The notes under the pieces: model-generated | Told to the model about the DNA's origin: nothing | The model's database searches: none | Seen by the model: the letters and a program-made list of their open reading frames with translations, nothing else | Part shown: positions 35,841 to 44,226 of the stretch, piece after piece | Layout of the letters: every line of letters begins with the position of its first letter | Position numbering within the stretch: position 1 is the first letter of the stretch | Position numbers and translations under genes: made by a program | Origin: Candidatus Nomurabacteria bacterium | Lineage (GTDB): Bacteria > Patescibacteriota > Saccharimonadia > Saccharimonadales > CAIOMD01 | Length of the DNA stretch: 64,000 bases | Assembly: GCA_020631975.1 (NCBI GenBank) | Contig: JACKGO010000001.1 | Span: 3,409-67,408 of the forward strand | Direction: 5' to 3'

Positions 35841-36437
35841 ATGGCAATTGATATAGATACAATTAAGCGACTACGCGAACTAACAGGTGTTGGTATTACC
35901 GATGCCAAAAAAGCTCTGGTAGAAGCAGAGGGCGATTTTGATAAAGCCTTGGCTGCTATGCGTAAAAAAGGCATGACCAAAGCAGAAAAACGTGGTGAAC
36001 GCGAAGCCCGCGCCGGGGTTATAGGAAGTTACCTACACGATGGCCGAATAGGCGTACTTGTAGAAGTAAACTGCGAAACAGACTTTGTGGCACGGAACGA
36101 AAACTTTACGACTATTGTAAAAGACGTGGCAATGCACATTGCAGCTAGCTCACCAGAATTTGTAAGCCCAGATAACATACCAGAACAAGCCAAAGCAGAA
36201 AAACGAGCCGAATTTACAGAAAAGGTAAAAGCAGAAGGCAAGCCAGATAAAATGGTGCCACAAATTGTAGACGGTATGCTGAATAAATATTTTGCAGAAC
36301 GCTGCCTATTAGAACAACCGTTTATTAAAAACCCAGACATTACAGTAGACCAGTACGTTAAAGAGGGCATCGCAAAACTAGGTGAAAACATAGTAGTGCG
36401 TCGGTTTAGCCGTATGGCACTTGGCGAAGTTGTTTAA
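35841..36437 (+). CDS. tsf: Elongation factor Ts (short form)
   Basis: It has the N-terminal UBA-like segment IKRLRELTGVGITDAKKALVEAEGDFDKA and follows rpsB. Confidence 0.95.
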   Translation: MAIDIDTIKRLRELTGVGITDAKKALVEAEGDFDKALAAMRKKGMTKAEKRGEREARAGVIGSYLHDGRIGVLVEVNCETDFVARNENFTTIVKDVAMHIAASSPEFVSPDNIPEQAKAEKRAEFTEKVKAEGKPDKMVPQIVDGMLNKYFAERCLLEQPFIKNPDITVDQYVKEGIAKLGENIVVRRFSRMALGEVV

Positions 36438-36517
36438 AAAAAGCTCGCTTAACAAATAATACCACTGCTGCACCAACGCTGTTTGGTATATACTAAGAAT
36501 ATAGTAATGGGGGAATC

Positions 36518-37081
36518 ATGAGTCCAAACCAATTAGTAGAAGATGCAAAGACCAAACTAGCTACGGCCGTAAACCATTTTAATGACGAAATCAAAAAATT
36601 ACGGACTGGTCGGGCGCACCCGAGCATGCTCGATGGCATTACGGTACTAGCATATGGTACTCCCATGCCGTTAAACCAAGTCAGCAACGTAACTGCACCA
36701 GAAGCGCAACAGCTACAAATCACTCCGTTTGACCCCAGTAACATCCAGGCGATTTCTGATGCGATACGCAATGATCAGTCACTAGGGCTTAACCCAGCAG
36801 ATGATGGTCGGGTTGTGCGAATTTCTATTCCACCACTCACCACAGAACGTCGGCAGCAAATTGTAAAACAGCTTAACGAAAAGACAGAAGAAACGCATAT
36901 TGCATGTAGAAATATTCGCCACGAAGCATTAGACTCTGCCAAGCAAGCTAAAGCAGATAAAGATATTAGTGAAGACGATTACACCAGAATAGAAAAGCAA
37001 GTAGAAGATTTAATGACCAAAACTAAACAAGACATAGAAACAGCCACCAAAGCCAAAGAACAAGAGATAATGACGGTATAA
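36518..37081 (+). CDS. frr: Ribosome recycling factor
   Basis: It shows typical RRF sequence (LRTGRAHPSMLDGI...ERRQQIVKQ). Confidence 0.95.
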   Translation: MSPNQLVEDAKTKLATAVNHFNDEIKKLRTGRAHPSMLDGITVLAYGTPMPLNQVSNVTAPEAQQLQITPFDPSNIQAISDAIRNDQSLGLNPADDGRVVRISIPPLTTERRQQIVKQLNEKTEETHIACRNIRHEALDSAKQAKADKDISEDDYTRIEKQVEDLMTKTKQDIETATKAKEQEIMTV

Positions 37082-37136
37082 TCACGCAATCTAATGGCTA
37101 AAACAAAACTATCAAGATGTGAGGATGAAATAACAT

Positions 37137-37826
37137 ATGGTTCATAACAATACACAACCACAGCATGTGGGTATAGTCCTTGACGGCAACCGCCGTTGGG
37201 CCAAGCAGCATGGTGTGTCTGCCCAAGAAGGCCACAAGCAAGGGTTCGAAACGTTTCGGCGAATTGCCGATGCTGGTCTTGCACGGGGCATACCTTACTT
37301 AAGTGTTTTTGCTTTTTCTACAGAAAACTGGAACCGCGCCAAAGACGAAGTATCTTTTTTAATGCGCTTTATACAGATTGTTATGAATAAATACATAAGC
37401 GAACTTACCAAAAAAGATATACGCTTTATTTGGCTAGGTAGCGAAGAAGGGCTGGACGCCAAAATTATTAAGCAATTACGCCGCGCCGAAGAATCATCTA
37501 AAAATAATACTACAGCAACATTTTGTTTGTGTTTTAACTATGGTGGCCAACAAGAAATAGCCGATGCAGCTGCCAAGCTCGCAGCAACGGGAACGCCAAT
37601 TACGCAAGAGAGCATAGAAACTGCACTGTATGGCGGAAGTGCTGTGCCCCCTGTAGATTTACTTATACGGCCATCAGGCGAAATGCGCATTAGTAATTTT
37701 ATGTTATGGCGGGCAGCTTATAGCGAGCTGTTTTTTACCGACAAGCTCTGGCCAGATTTTACACCAGAAGATTTAGACGAAGCCTTAGCTGCGTATGCTT
37801 CACGCCATAGGAGGTTTGGCGCGTAA
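37137..37826 (+). CDS. uppS: Undecaprenyl-diphosphate synthase (cis-prenyltransferase)
   Basis: It has HVGIVLDGNRRWAKQHG, ENWNR and SNFMLWRAAYSE. Confidence 0.95.
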   Translation: MVHNNTQPQHVGIVLDGNRRWAKQHGVSAQEGHKQGFETFRRIADAGLARGIPYLSVFAFSTENWNRAKDEVSFLMRFIQIVMNKYISELTKKDIRFIWLGSEEGLDAKIIKQLRRAEESSKNNTTATFCLCFNYGGQQEIADAAAKLAATGTPITQESIETALYGGSAVPPVDLLIRPSGEMRISNFMLWRAAYSELFFTDKLWPDFTPEDLDEALAAYASRHRRFGA

Positions 37827-38983
37827 TGTGGTTAATTGTTTTAGGCTTATTTTTGTTTGTGCTACTTATAGTGCTGCACGAATACGGCCACTTTTTGGTA
37901 GCAAAACGTAACGGGGTAGATGTAGAAGAATTTGGTATAGGCTTTCCACCAAAACTATTTGGCAAAAAGTTGGGCAAGGGCATTTTTGAAGGCTATTACA
38001 CAATTAACTTGTTACCACTTGGTGGTTTTGTGCGGCTAAAAGGCGAAGAAGACGCTGCTACAGAAAAAGGTTCGTTTGGCTCGGTGGGTTTATCGGCTAA
38101 ATTGCGTATTATGTTGGCAGGTGTAGCGGTCAATTTACTTGCAGCGCTGGTGTTCTTTACTATTGTTGCGTGGGTGGGGATGCCACAAGTAATCCCTAAT
38201 CAATTTAGTGTGCCATCAGATAGCACGGTGCTCCGTAACGATATATTTGCTGGCTATGTAGACGCAGACTCACCTGCAGCGCAAGCAGGTTTGCAGGTAG
38301 GCGACACCATCGTATCTCTTAACAACCAACCAATTACCAACGAAGCATCGGTACGCGAAGTAGCATCTGCAAATGCAGGGAACACGGTGCCTATTGTTTA
38401 TGAACGTGATGGTCAAACTACCATGGCGACTACAACGCTGCTTAGTGAACAACAAGTAGCAGACAGTAAAAATACCGATACACCAAAGGGGTATTTGGGG
38501 GTTGTCCCAAGGAAATATACCCTTATACAATCTACGTGGTCGGCACCCATTGTAGCGGTTGGTGTATCTGCACAGCTGACTCATCTTACACTTAAAGCAC
38601 TTGGCGAAGCACTTTATAATTTAGTTTCTGCATTTTTTAGTGCAATAACTGGTAACACCAAAGAAGCACGGCAAGAAGCCTCTAAAGCGGGCGAAAACGT
38701 GTCTGGACCAGTAGGTATATTTGCCATCTTGCAGCAAGGAACAGATTTAGGCTACCAATTTATACTATTTGTTGTTGCTGTTATTAGCCTTACTTTGGCT
38801 ATTATGAACTTTTTGCCAATCCCAGCCTTAGACGGTGGTCGGGCATTTGTAATGCTCCTTTTTAAGGCGATGAAAAAACCACTTACTCCAGACTTAGAAG
38901 CACGTATACATGGCACCGGGTTTGCTGCGTTAATGATATTATTTGTTGTAATAACGGTGGTTGATATACGCCGCTTTTATTAG
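37826..38983 (+). CDS. rseP: Site-2 protease RseP-like (M50) with a PDZ domain
   Basis: It has HEYGHFLVAK (HExxH in TM1) and the C-terminal NFLPIPALDGG motif. Its start overlaps the uppS stop as TAATG. Confidence 0.9.
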   Translation: MWLIVLGLFLFVLLIVLHEYGHFLVAKRNGVDVEEFGIGFPPKLFGKKLGKGIFEGYYTINLLPLGGFVRLKGEEDAATEKGSFGSVGLSAKLRIMLAGVAVNLLAALVFFTIVAWVGMPQVIPNQFSVPSDSTVLRNDIFAGYVDADSPAAQAGLQVGDTIVSLNNQPITNEASVREVASANAGNTVPIVYERDGQTTMATTTLLSEQQVADSKNTDTPKGYLGVVPRKYTLIQSTWSAPIVAVGVSAQLTHLTLKALGEALYNLVSAFFSAITGNTKEARQEASKAGENVSGPVGIFAILQQGTDLGYQFILFVVAVISLTLAIMNFLPIPALDGGRAFVMLLFKAMKKPLTPDLEARIHGTGFAALMILFVVITVVDIRRFY

Positions 38984-38989
38984 CGATTC

Positions 38990-39856
38990 ATGCCTATGGA
39001 CACGCTTATAAAAAACAAAAAACGAATCGTTGTACCATGGGATGCTCGGTATGCGTATAGCGTCACTATTTTGGCGTATGTTGTTTCGCAGCTTTTTACA
39101 ACGCTGCCACTACTCGTAGCACTGTTTTTTACGAATTGGTCCACAATAGAAGATAGTTTATTAGATCAACCCTGGATGAGCCTGAGTCTAACAGGGGTAG
39201 GGGCGGTTGGTATTTTTGTTGTTTTGTATTACTTTTTGCATAAAAAAAAGTATGGTTTTTCGCAACTAAAGCTACAAAAGGGGTTGCCACTTAAATCGTT
39301 ATTGCTTGTTGCAGGAACGTATATTGTGTACATCTTGCTTAGTGTTGCCGTGGCAGCTATTGTGCAGGCGCTGTTTCCATCTTTTAATGCAGATCAAGAA
39401 CAGCTGGTTGGTTATAAAAATGCCGTTGGCTGGCAATTAATCTTAGCGTTTGTTGGCTTGGTGGTGGTGCCACCAATTGCAGAAGAGATGTTATTTAGAG
39501 GCTTTTTATACCAAGGGCTGCGTGACCACTGGAATAAACATGCCACGTTATGGTGGGGTTTTGGCGTAGCTATTGCCGTGGCACTACTAGCAGGTGCTGT
39601 CGCCGGCATTATTGTAGCGCTGCTCATAGTTGTATCTATAGTTATTGGTAAAAAGCATCCAGCACGTGCTGCGGCCATTGTTACCAGTGTGCTTTTTGGC
39701 TTGGTACATATGCAGTGGAACATTAGTATAGATACGTTTATATTTTCTTTTGCGCTAATATACGTGTTTGAGAAAACACAAAATTTGTGGGCGGCGATTG
39801 TGCTGCATGCGCTTAAGAATGGAATTGCGTTTGTAGGATTATTTATTTTATCTTAA
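38990..39856 (+). CDS. CPBP-family intramembrane glutamic endopeptidase (CAAX protease-like)
   Basis: It has the motifs EEMLFRG, FGLVH and HALKN in a polytopic protein. Confidence 0.85.
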   Translation: MPMDTLIKNKKRIVVPWDARYAYSVTILAYVVSQLFTTLPLLVALFFTNWSTIEDSLLDQPWMSLSLTGVGAVGIFVVLYYFLHKKKYGFSQLKLQKGLPLKSLLLVAGTYIVYILLSVAVAAIVQALFPSFNADQEQLVGYKNAVGWQLILAFVGLVVVPPIAEEMLFRGFLYQGLRDHWNKHATLWWGFGVAIAVALLAGAVAGIIVALLIVVSIVIGKKHPARAAAIVTSVLFGLVHMQWNISIDTFIFSFALIYVFEKTQNLWAAIVLHALKNGIAFVGLFILS

Positions 39857-39863
39857 GCAAATA

Positions 39864-40080
39864 TTTTCATTTTTGTGTGGTCAAAAACGAACCAAAAACC
39901 CACTGGGCGCTCAGCTCCCAATACACATCTGCTTGTAACTTCTACATAGCACAAAAAGGACTCCTTACAGTCGGTCCGATTCTTGTTAATAAAGACGAAT
40001 CAGACTATTCTTTTTGTCTTGGCCATGCTAGAAGTTACATCATCTGAATCAATAGGGCGCTGAGATGCCCAGACCCAAGC
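39864..40080. repeat. Structured 217-bp repeat, copy B (left bracket of the R-M cassette)
   Basis: It begins 8 nt after the CPBP stop codon. It has the same 39-mer and helices as copy A. The apical stem sequence is changed but pairing is retained (ggtccgattctt / acgaatcagact). Confidence 0.85.
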
Positions 40081-40113
40081 GCACATTACGACAGGTTCGT
40101 AATTAAAAACATA

Positions 40114-40149
40114 ACGCTACAGATAGCGTAGGTACGCTATCTGTAGCGT
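40114..40149. other. Perfect 17-bp inverted repeat (strong hairpin or cruciform)
   Basis: acgctacagatagcgta-gg-tacgctatctgtagcgt. An A-run lies upstream (aattaaaaac) and a T-run lies 10 nt downstream (tttttt). Confidence 0.8.
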
Positions 40150-40324
40150 AGTGCTAGCTTTTTTAAAAATATTACTTAAACTTCTTTTTCCTTGGATATG
40201 TCAAAAATACGACACGCAAATCAACTGTGCAGAACAAGGCTATATCCACATTGCATGCACAGAAGATTGAATTGACATCACATTAGTTATGGATTATTGA
40301 AGTTAACATAGTAGAATAGTATTA

Positions 40325-41140
40325 ATGAGTAAAAAAATTCTTGAGGGTGTTGGAGTTTCTCCTGTATTTAAGGGTTCGAACTATGCACTGTACTTGCATG
40401 ATTCTATTGAGCTTATAAAACAGCTACCAGAAAATAGTATAGATATGATTTTTGCGGATCCTCCATACAATTTATCTAATGGTGGCTTTACTGTACATGC
40501 AGGCAAAAGAGTCAGCGTTCATAAAGGCGACTGGGACAAAAGTAATGGTGTAGAAGACGATTATATTTTCCACCATAACTGGATAAAAGAGTGTTATAGA
40601 ATTTTAAAGCCTGAAGGAACTATATGGATAAGTGGCACCTACCACTCCATATACCAGTGTGGCTATGCGTTACAACAAGTTGGTTATAAAATTTTAAACG
40701 ATATAAGTTGGTTCAAGCCTAATGCATCACCCAACTTAAGTGGTAGATACTTTACTGCGAGCCATGAAACATTGATTTGGGCAAGGAAAGATCATAAATC
40801 AAAACATGTTTTTAATTACCAAGATATGAAAAATGGTGAGTGGCACGTGGTTGATTTAATAAAAAAAGAAGGCAAACAGATGAGAAGTGTTTGGGCTATT
40901 GGGACGCCCAAACAGGATGAAAAAAAATATGGTAAGCATCCTACGCAAAAACCATTAGCACTATTGGAAAGAATTATATTAGCCTCAACACACCCATCTC
41001 ATGTAATACTTGATCCATTTACTGGAAGCTCAACTACAGGTGTGGCTGCTCTTAAGTTTGGAAGAAAATTTATTGGTATTGATCTTGAAAAAGAATATTT
41101 AAATGTGTCAAAAAGTCGTTTAGAGGACGTAACTATTTAA
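40325..41140 (+). CDS. Beta-class N6/N4 DNA methyltransferase (type II R-M)
   Basis: The catalytic motif IV (FADPPYN) precedes the SAM motif I (ILDPFTGSSTTGVAA), which is the order of the PF01555-type family. Confidence 0.9.
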   Translation: MSKKILEGVGVSPVFKGSNYALYLHDSIELIKQLPENSIDMIFADPPYNLSNGGFTVHAGKRVSVHKGDWDKSNGVEDDYIFHHNWIKECYRILKPEGTIWISGTYHSIYQCGYALQQVGYKILNDISWFKPNASPNLSGRYFTASHETLIWARKDHKSKHVFNYQDMKNGEWHVVDLIKKEGKQMRSVWAIGTPKQDEKKYGKHPTQKPLALLERIILASTHPSHVILDPFTGSSTTGVAALKFGRKFIGIDLEKEYLNVSKSRLEDVTI

Positions 41141-41150
41141 AGGAGAAATA

Positions 41151-41681
41151 ATGATAGAAGGTGGTATCGGCGGTGCAAATACTAAAACTGGAATCATATT
41201 TGAAGGACGCGTAGATCTACTCACTAAATTCAAGACACTTGATAGATATTCTGTTAAAGAAAACATTATTTTGTACGATAAAAAAGAGGTTGCGCGTTAC
41301 TACAAGAAACGATCACTTTATAAATTACTCGAAGAAAATAATATTAACTATAAAGATTATATCTCTAAGCGGCTAGAACCTGATAACGCCATTTATGTCA
41401 TCAAAGACAATACACTAAATGTCATAGAAATGAAGTTTCAAAGAGTTGCGGGATCTGTAGACGAGAAGCTACAAACCTGCGATTTTAAGAAAAAACAGTA
41501 TAAAAAATTATTCTCAGCACTGAATTATGAGGTTGAATACATCTATATATTAAGTGATTGGTTTAGAAAAGAAGAGTACAAGGATACTCGCGACTATATT
41601 ATTTCTGTTGGTTGTAAGTTATATTTTGAATATTTACCTCTAAATGAAATTGGCTTACCTGTGCCAGATGAAAGTCAATAA
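41151..41681 (+). CDS. Putative type II restriction endonuclease, PD-(D/E)xK
   Basis: It is a 176-aa ORF starting 10 nt after the methyltransferase, with an AAGGAGA SD. It has a candidate PD...ExK motif (EPDNAIYV...NVIEMKFQ). The assignment rests on context plus the motif only. Confidence 0.6.
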   Translation: MIEGGIGGANTKTGIIFEGRVDLLTKFKTLDRYSVKENIILYDKKEVARYYKKRSLYKLLEENNINYKDYISKRLEPDNAIYVIKDNTLNVIEMKFQRVAGSVDEKLQTCDFKKKQYKKLFSALNYEVEYIYILSDWFRKEEYKDTRDYIISVGCKLYFEYLPLNEIGLPVPDESQ

Positions 41682-41714
41682 TTAATATAAAGCTGCAACA
41701 GGAAATTATAACAA

Positions 41715-42038
41715 GTGAATTTAAAAGATATTATAATACCGTCACAATTTAGCAAATCAGATATTATTGAAGCATATATTTTTGGAAGTACCGCTAAAAA
41801 TATTGATGGTCACGATAGAGATATTGCTTTATTTATCAGAAGTAATCACCCATCTTTTATACAAATGGGTAATGAATATAATTTGTATAATAATAATCTT
41901 GAGTATCATGTACTGCCTTATAATGACCAAGGCAAATCAATCTTTTATGCGATGTTGGAAATGAAAGATTATAAATATGGCACAGGTAAAGGTGTAGCTA
42001 TCTCGGTAGATATAGATGAGAATACTGATGCAATGTAG
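41715..42038 (+). CDS. Minimal nucleotidyltransferase (MNT-like)
   Basis: It has a GS...DxD signature (IFGSTAKNIDGHDRDIALFI) and a GTG start. Confidence 0.6.
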   Translation: MNLKDIIIPSQFSKSDIIEAYIFGSTAKNIDGHDRDIALFIRSNHPSFIQMGNEYNLYNNNLEYHVLPYNDQGKSIFYAMLEMKDYKYGTGKGVAISVDIDENTDAM

Positions 42039-42074
42039 AGGGTACTTATCTTAAAAGTTGTATAATTAGTATAT

Positions 42075-42329
42075 ATGTCACAAGAAGTATTAAGGCAATC
42101 TGATGACGATTTGCCGATTAATGTAGATGAGCTTCTCATAGAAATACAACTAGCTGCGAAAGAGCTCGGCAATGGGCGTAAGCATATGGATGAACGCCGT
42201 AAAATAGCTTATAGGTATATTATTAAAGAAAATATAATTGCACTGGGGCTAGACCCCCAGAACTACTACGGCGATTACCGCGCATTGCTACAGGCTCGCC
42301 CTTCAAGTCAAATTGTTGACGAAAACTAA
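42075..42329 (+). CDS. Hypothetical protein (84 aa)
   Basis: The ORF is downstream of the MNT-like gene. It has no recognisable motif. Confidence 0.4.
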   Translation: MSQEVLRQSDDDLPINVDELLIEIQLAAKELGNGRKHMDERRKIAYRYIIKENIIALGLDPQNYYGDYRALLQARPSSQIVDEN

Positions 42330-42380
42330 TTTTAGTAACAAATATTTATCTGATTCATTATTAAGCTTTTATTGAACTCT

Positions 42381-42431
42381 GCTGATGCCCAGTGGGTTTT
42401 TGGTTCGTTTTTGACCACACAAAAATGAAAA
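42381..42431. repeat. Partial copy D of the structured repeat (invariant tail only, orientation as copy C)
   Basis: gctgatgcccagtgggtttttggttcgtttttgaccacacaaaaatgaaaa contains the reverse complement of the invariant 39-mer. Confidence 0.85.
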
Positions 42432-42494
42432 CCAGAATAAATAGAGGTTCTTAAAATCAATGATGTTTATTTAGTATCCTTCATTGAACGATTG

Positions 42495-42711
42495 GCTGGG
42501 TCTGGGCATCTCGGCTCACTATTGATTCAGCTGATGTAACTTCTAGCATGGCCAAGACAAAAAGAGTAGTCTGACACTTCCCAAAGTAACAAGTGTCAGA
42601 CCGACTGTAAGGAGTCCTTTTTGTGCTATGTAGAAGTTACTAGCAGATGAGTATTGTGAGCTGAGCGCCCAGTGGGTTTTTGGTTCGTTTTTGACCACAC
42701 AAAAATGAAAA
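42495..42711. repeat. Structured 217-bp repeat, copy C (inverted relative to A/B; right bracket of the R-M cassette)
   Basis: Its reverse complement aligns end to end with copies A and B. The apical stem is gtctgacactt / aagtgtcagac. Confidence 0.85.
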
Positions 42712-42841
42712 GTAATATAAGTAATATAGGTACTAAAAAGTACCAGAAATAAGTTGTAGTGTATCTACAAATTATTAATTTATGAAAAGACTATAAAAAG
42801 AGTATTTATTTTCCGTATGTTTTAGGAGTACTATTAGCCAT

Positions 42842-43162
42842 ATGGACTATAAAACTATGCAACAACAGGCACTACAGATAAGTAACTTGTACGATATGTT
42901 AAATAAAAAACATGCACAAAAAATATGGAACGAACAAGATGTTATGGCAGGTTTTGTGGGTGACGTAGGAGATTTATCTAAATTAATATTGGCAAAGAAT
43001 AATTTGCGTAGTAAAGACAACGTAGACGAAGCTTTAGCGCACGAACTGAGTGATTGTTTATGGTCTTTGCTTGTGCTGGCAGACAAGCTTGGTATAGATT
43101 TAGACCAGGCATTCATAAAAACAATGGATAGCCTAGAACAAAAGCTTACTCAAAAACTGTAG
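42842..43162 (+). CDS. MazG-like all-alpha NTP pyrophosphohydrolase
   Basis: The small 106-aa helical protein has DEALAHELSDCLWSLLVLADKLGIDLDQAF, typical of the MazG/NTP-PPase fold. Confidence 0.6.
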   Translation: MDYKTMQQQALQISNLYDMLNKKHAQKIWNEQDVMAGFVGDVGDLSKLILAKNNLRSKDNVDEALAHELSDCLWSLLVLADKLGIDLDQAFIKTMDSLEQKLTQKL

Positions 43163-43561
43163 AGCAAGTAGTAGCAAAAATATTCGTTCATTATATGGAA
43201 GACTACAATTACGAAAGTGGCTCATTTATTCCTGCTATACCTGTTATTTATATAATGGTGCGCATACGGCAATACAGGGAAATGCTAGCAAAACATATGG
43301 CACTCGCAAGCGAAGAAGCAGAATGGCGCTACACTGCCACCATGAATTAACACATAAGAGTTAGATTTTATAGCTAGGAAGAATTAGTAGAATCATTTGG
43401 TTTGGCAATGCAAAAGCCTCGTATATACTTATGCTTATGGACGATACCATGCAAGAATTTGTTAGTTGGCTAAAAACTGATCTTACTCATTTTGCAGCAC
43501 TGGTAGAAGAAGGTTCGGTAGCTACAGACGACCCCAAGCAAGACGGCTATAGCGATATGAT

Positions 43562-44101
43562 TTGCAGATAGTTGTATATAAAGATATTACAAGCGAAATG
43601 TTGGCGGTACGAAACTGGCTACAGCAACATCCGCTTGGCGATAATTACTTGTTGAGTCCACGTGTATATGAAGAATTTATCGTAGGTGATACATTAAATG
43701 ATTTATCACTAAAATTTAGATCTAGAACCATTGCTGGCAGGGACGTGGTCGCAGAAAAGCTGCCACCGAGTAGGGAAGCTGCCATAAAAATTGGGTACGA
43801 TGGTTTACAATATTTGGTTAAACGATTAGAGCGCCGCTGGCTAAACTTAGCCCACTGGTCAAATGATTACTCACGCCATAAAAACTATGAAATATATAAA
43901 AACTTCTTTGTGTATTTTGCGGCTCTACACTATGGCAAAACGGGGCACTATCCTAATAGTAGAGCAGACGTAGCAGAAGTCATGCCAGATCAACAATTAG
44001 CCCATAATGTATTATTAGTAACCAACGATATCGCCAATGCCAGCAAAGACCAACAAAACCTCGCATTAGAATCTGCCATACAAATCATCCAAAAAATGTA
44101 G
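43562..44101 (+). CDS. Hypothetical protein (start uncertain: TTG 43562 or ATG 43598)
   Basis: This is a 179-aa ORF with no recognisable motif. Confidence 0.5.
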   Translation: MQIVVYKDITSEMLAVRNWLQQHPLGDNYLLSPRVYEEFIVGDTLNDLSLKFRSRTIAGRDVVAEKLPPSREAAIKIGYDGLQYLVKRLERRWLNLAHWSNDYSRHKNYEIYKNFFVYFAALHYGKTGHYPNSRADVAEVMPDQQLAHNVLLVTNDIANASKDQQNLALESAIQIIQKM

Positions 44102-44226
44102 TCGTAAAAAAATTAACACAAAACATTTTTACATAAATATTTGTATTGTCTAATAGTATGCATAAACGAATATAGACAAAAAAACAATAGTATGATATAC
44201 TAAATTTACTTAATACTAATAAAAAA

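Noticed and set aside
42075-42329. The 84-aa ORF as the HEPN toxin partner of the MNT-like nucleotidyltransferase.
   Set aside because: No Rx4-6H motif is visible and the protein is short for HEPN. It is left as hypothetical.
34167-42711. Whether the repeated 217-bp element could be a CRISPR array or a known housekeeping RNA (6S, SRP, tmRNA, RNase P).
   Set aside because: The copies are kilobases apart, long and in mixed orientation, so this is not a CRISPR array. I see none of the SRP domain IV motifs, the RNase P GAGGAAAGUCC box, or a tmRNA tag or acceptor end. Three near-identical copies flanking accessory DNA is also atypical for 6S. A novel class remains possible and is reported as a finding.
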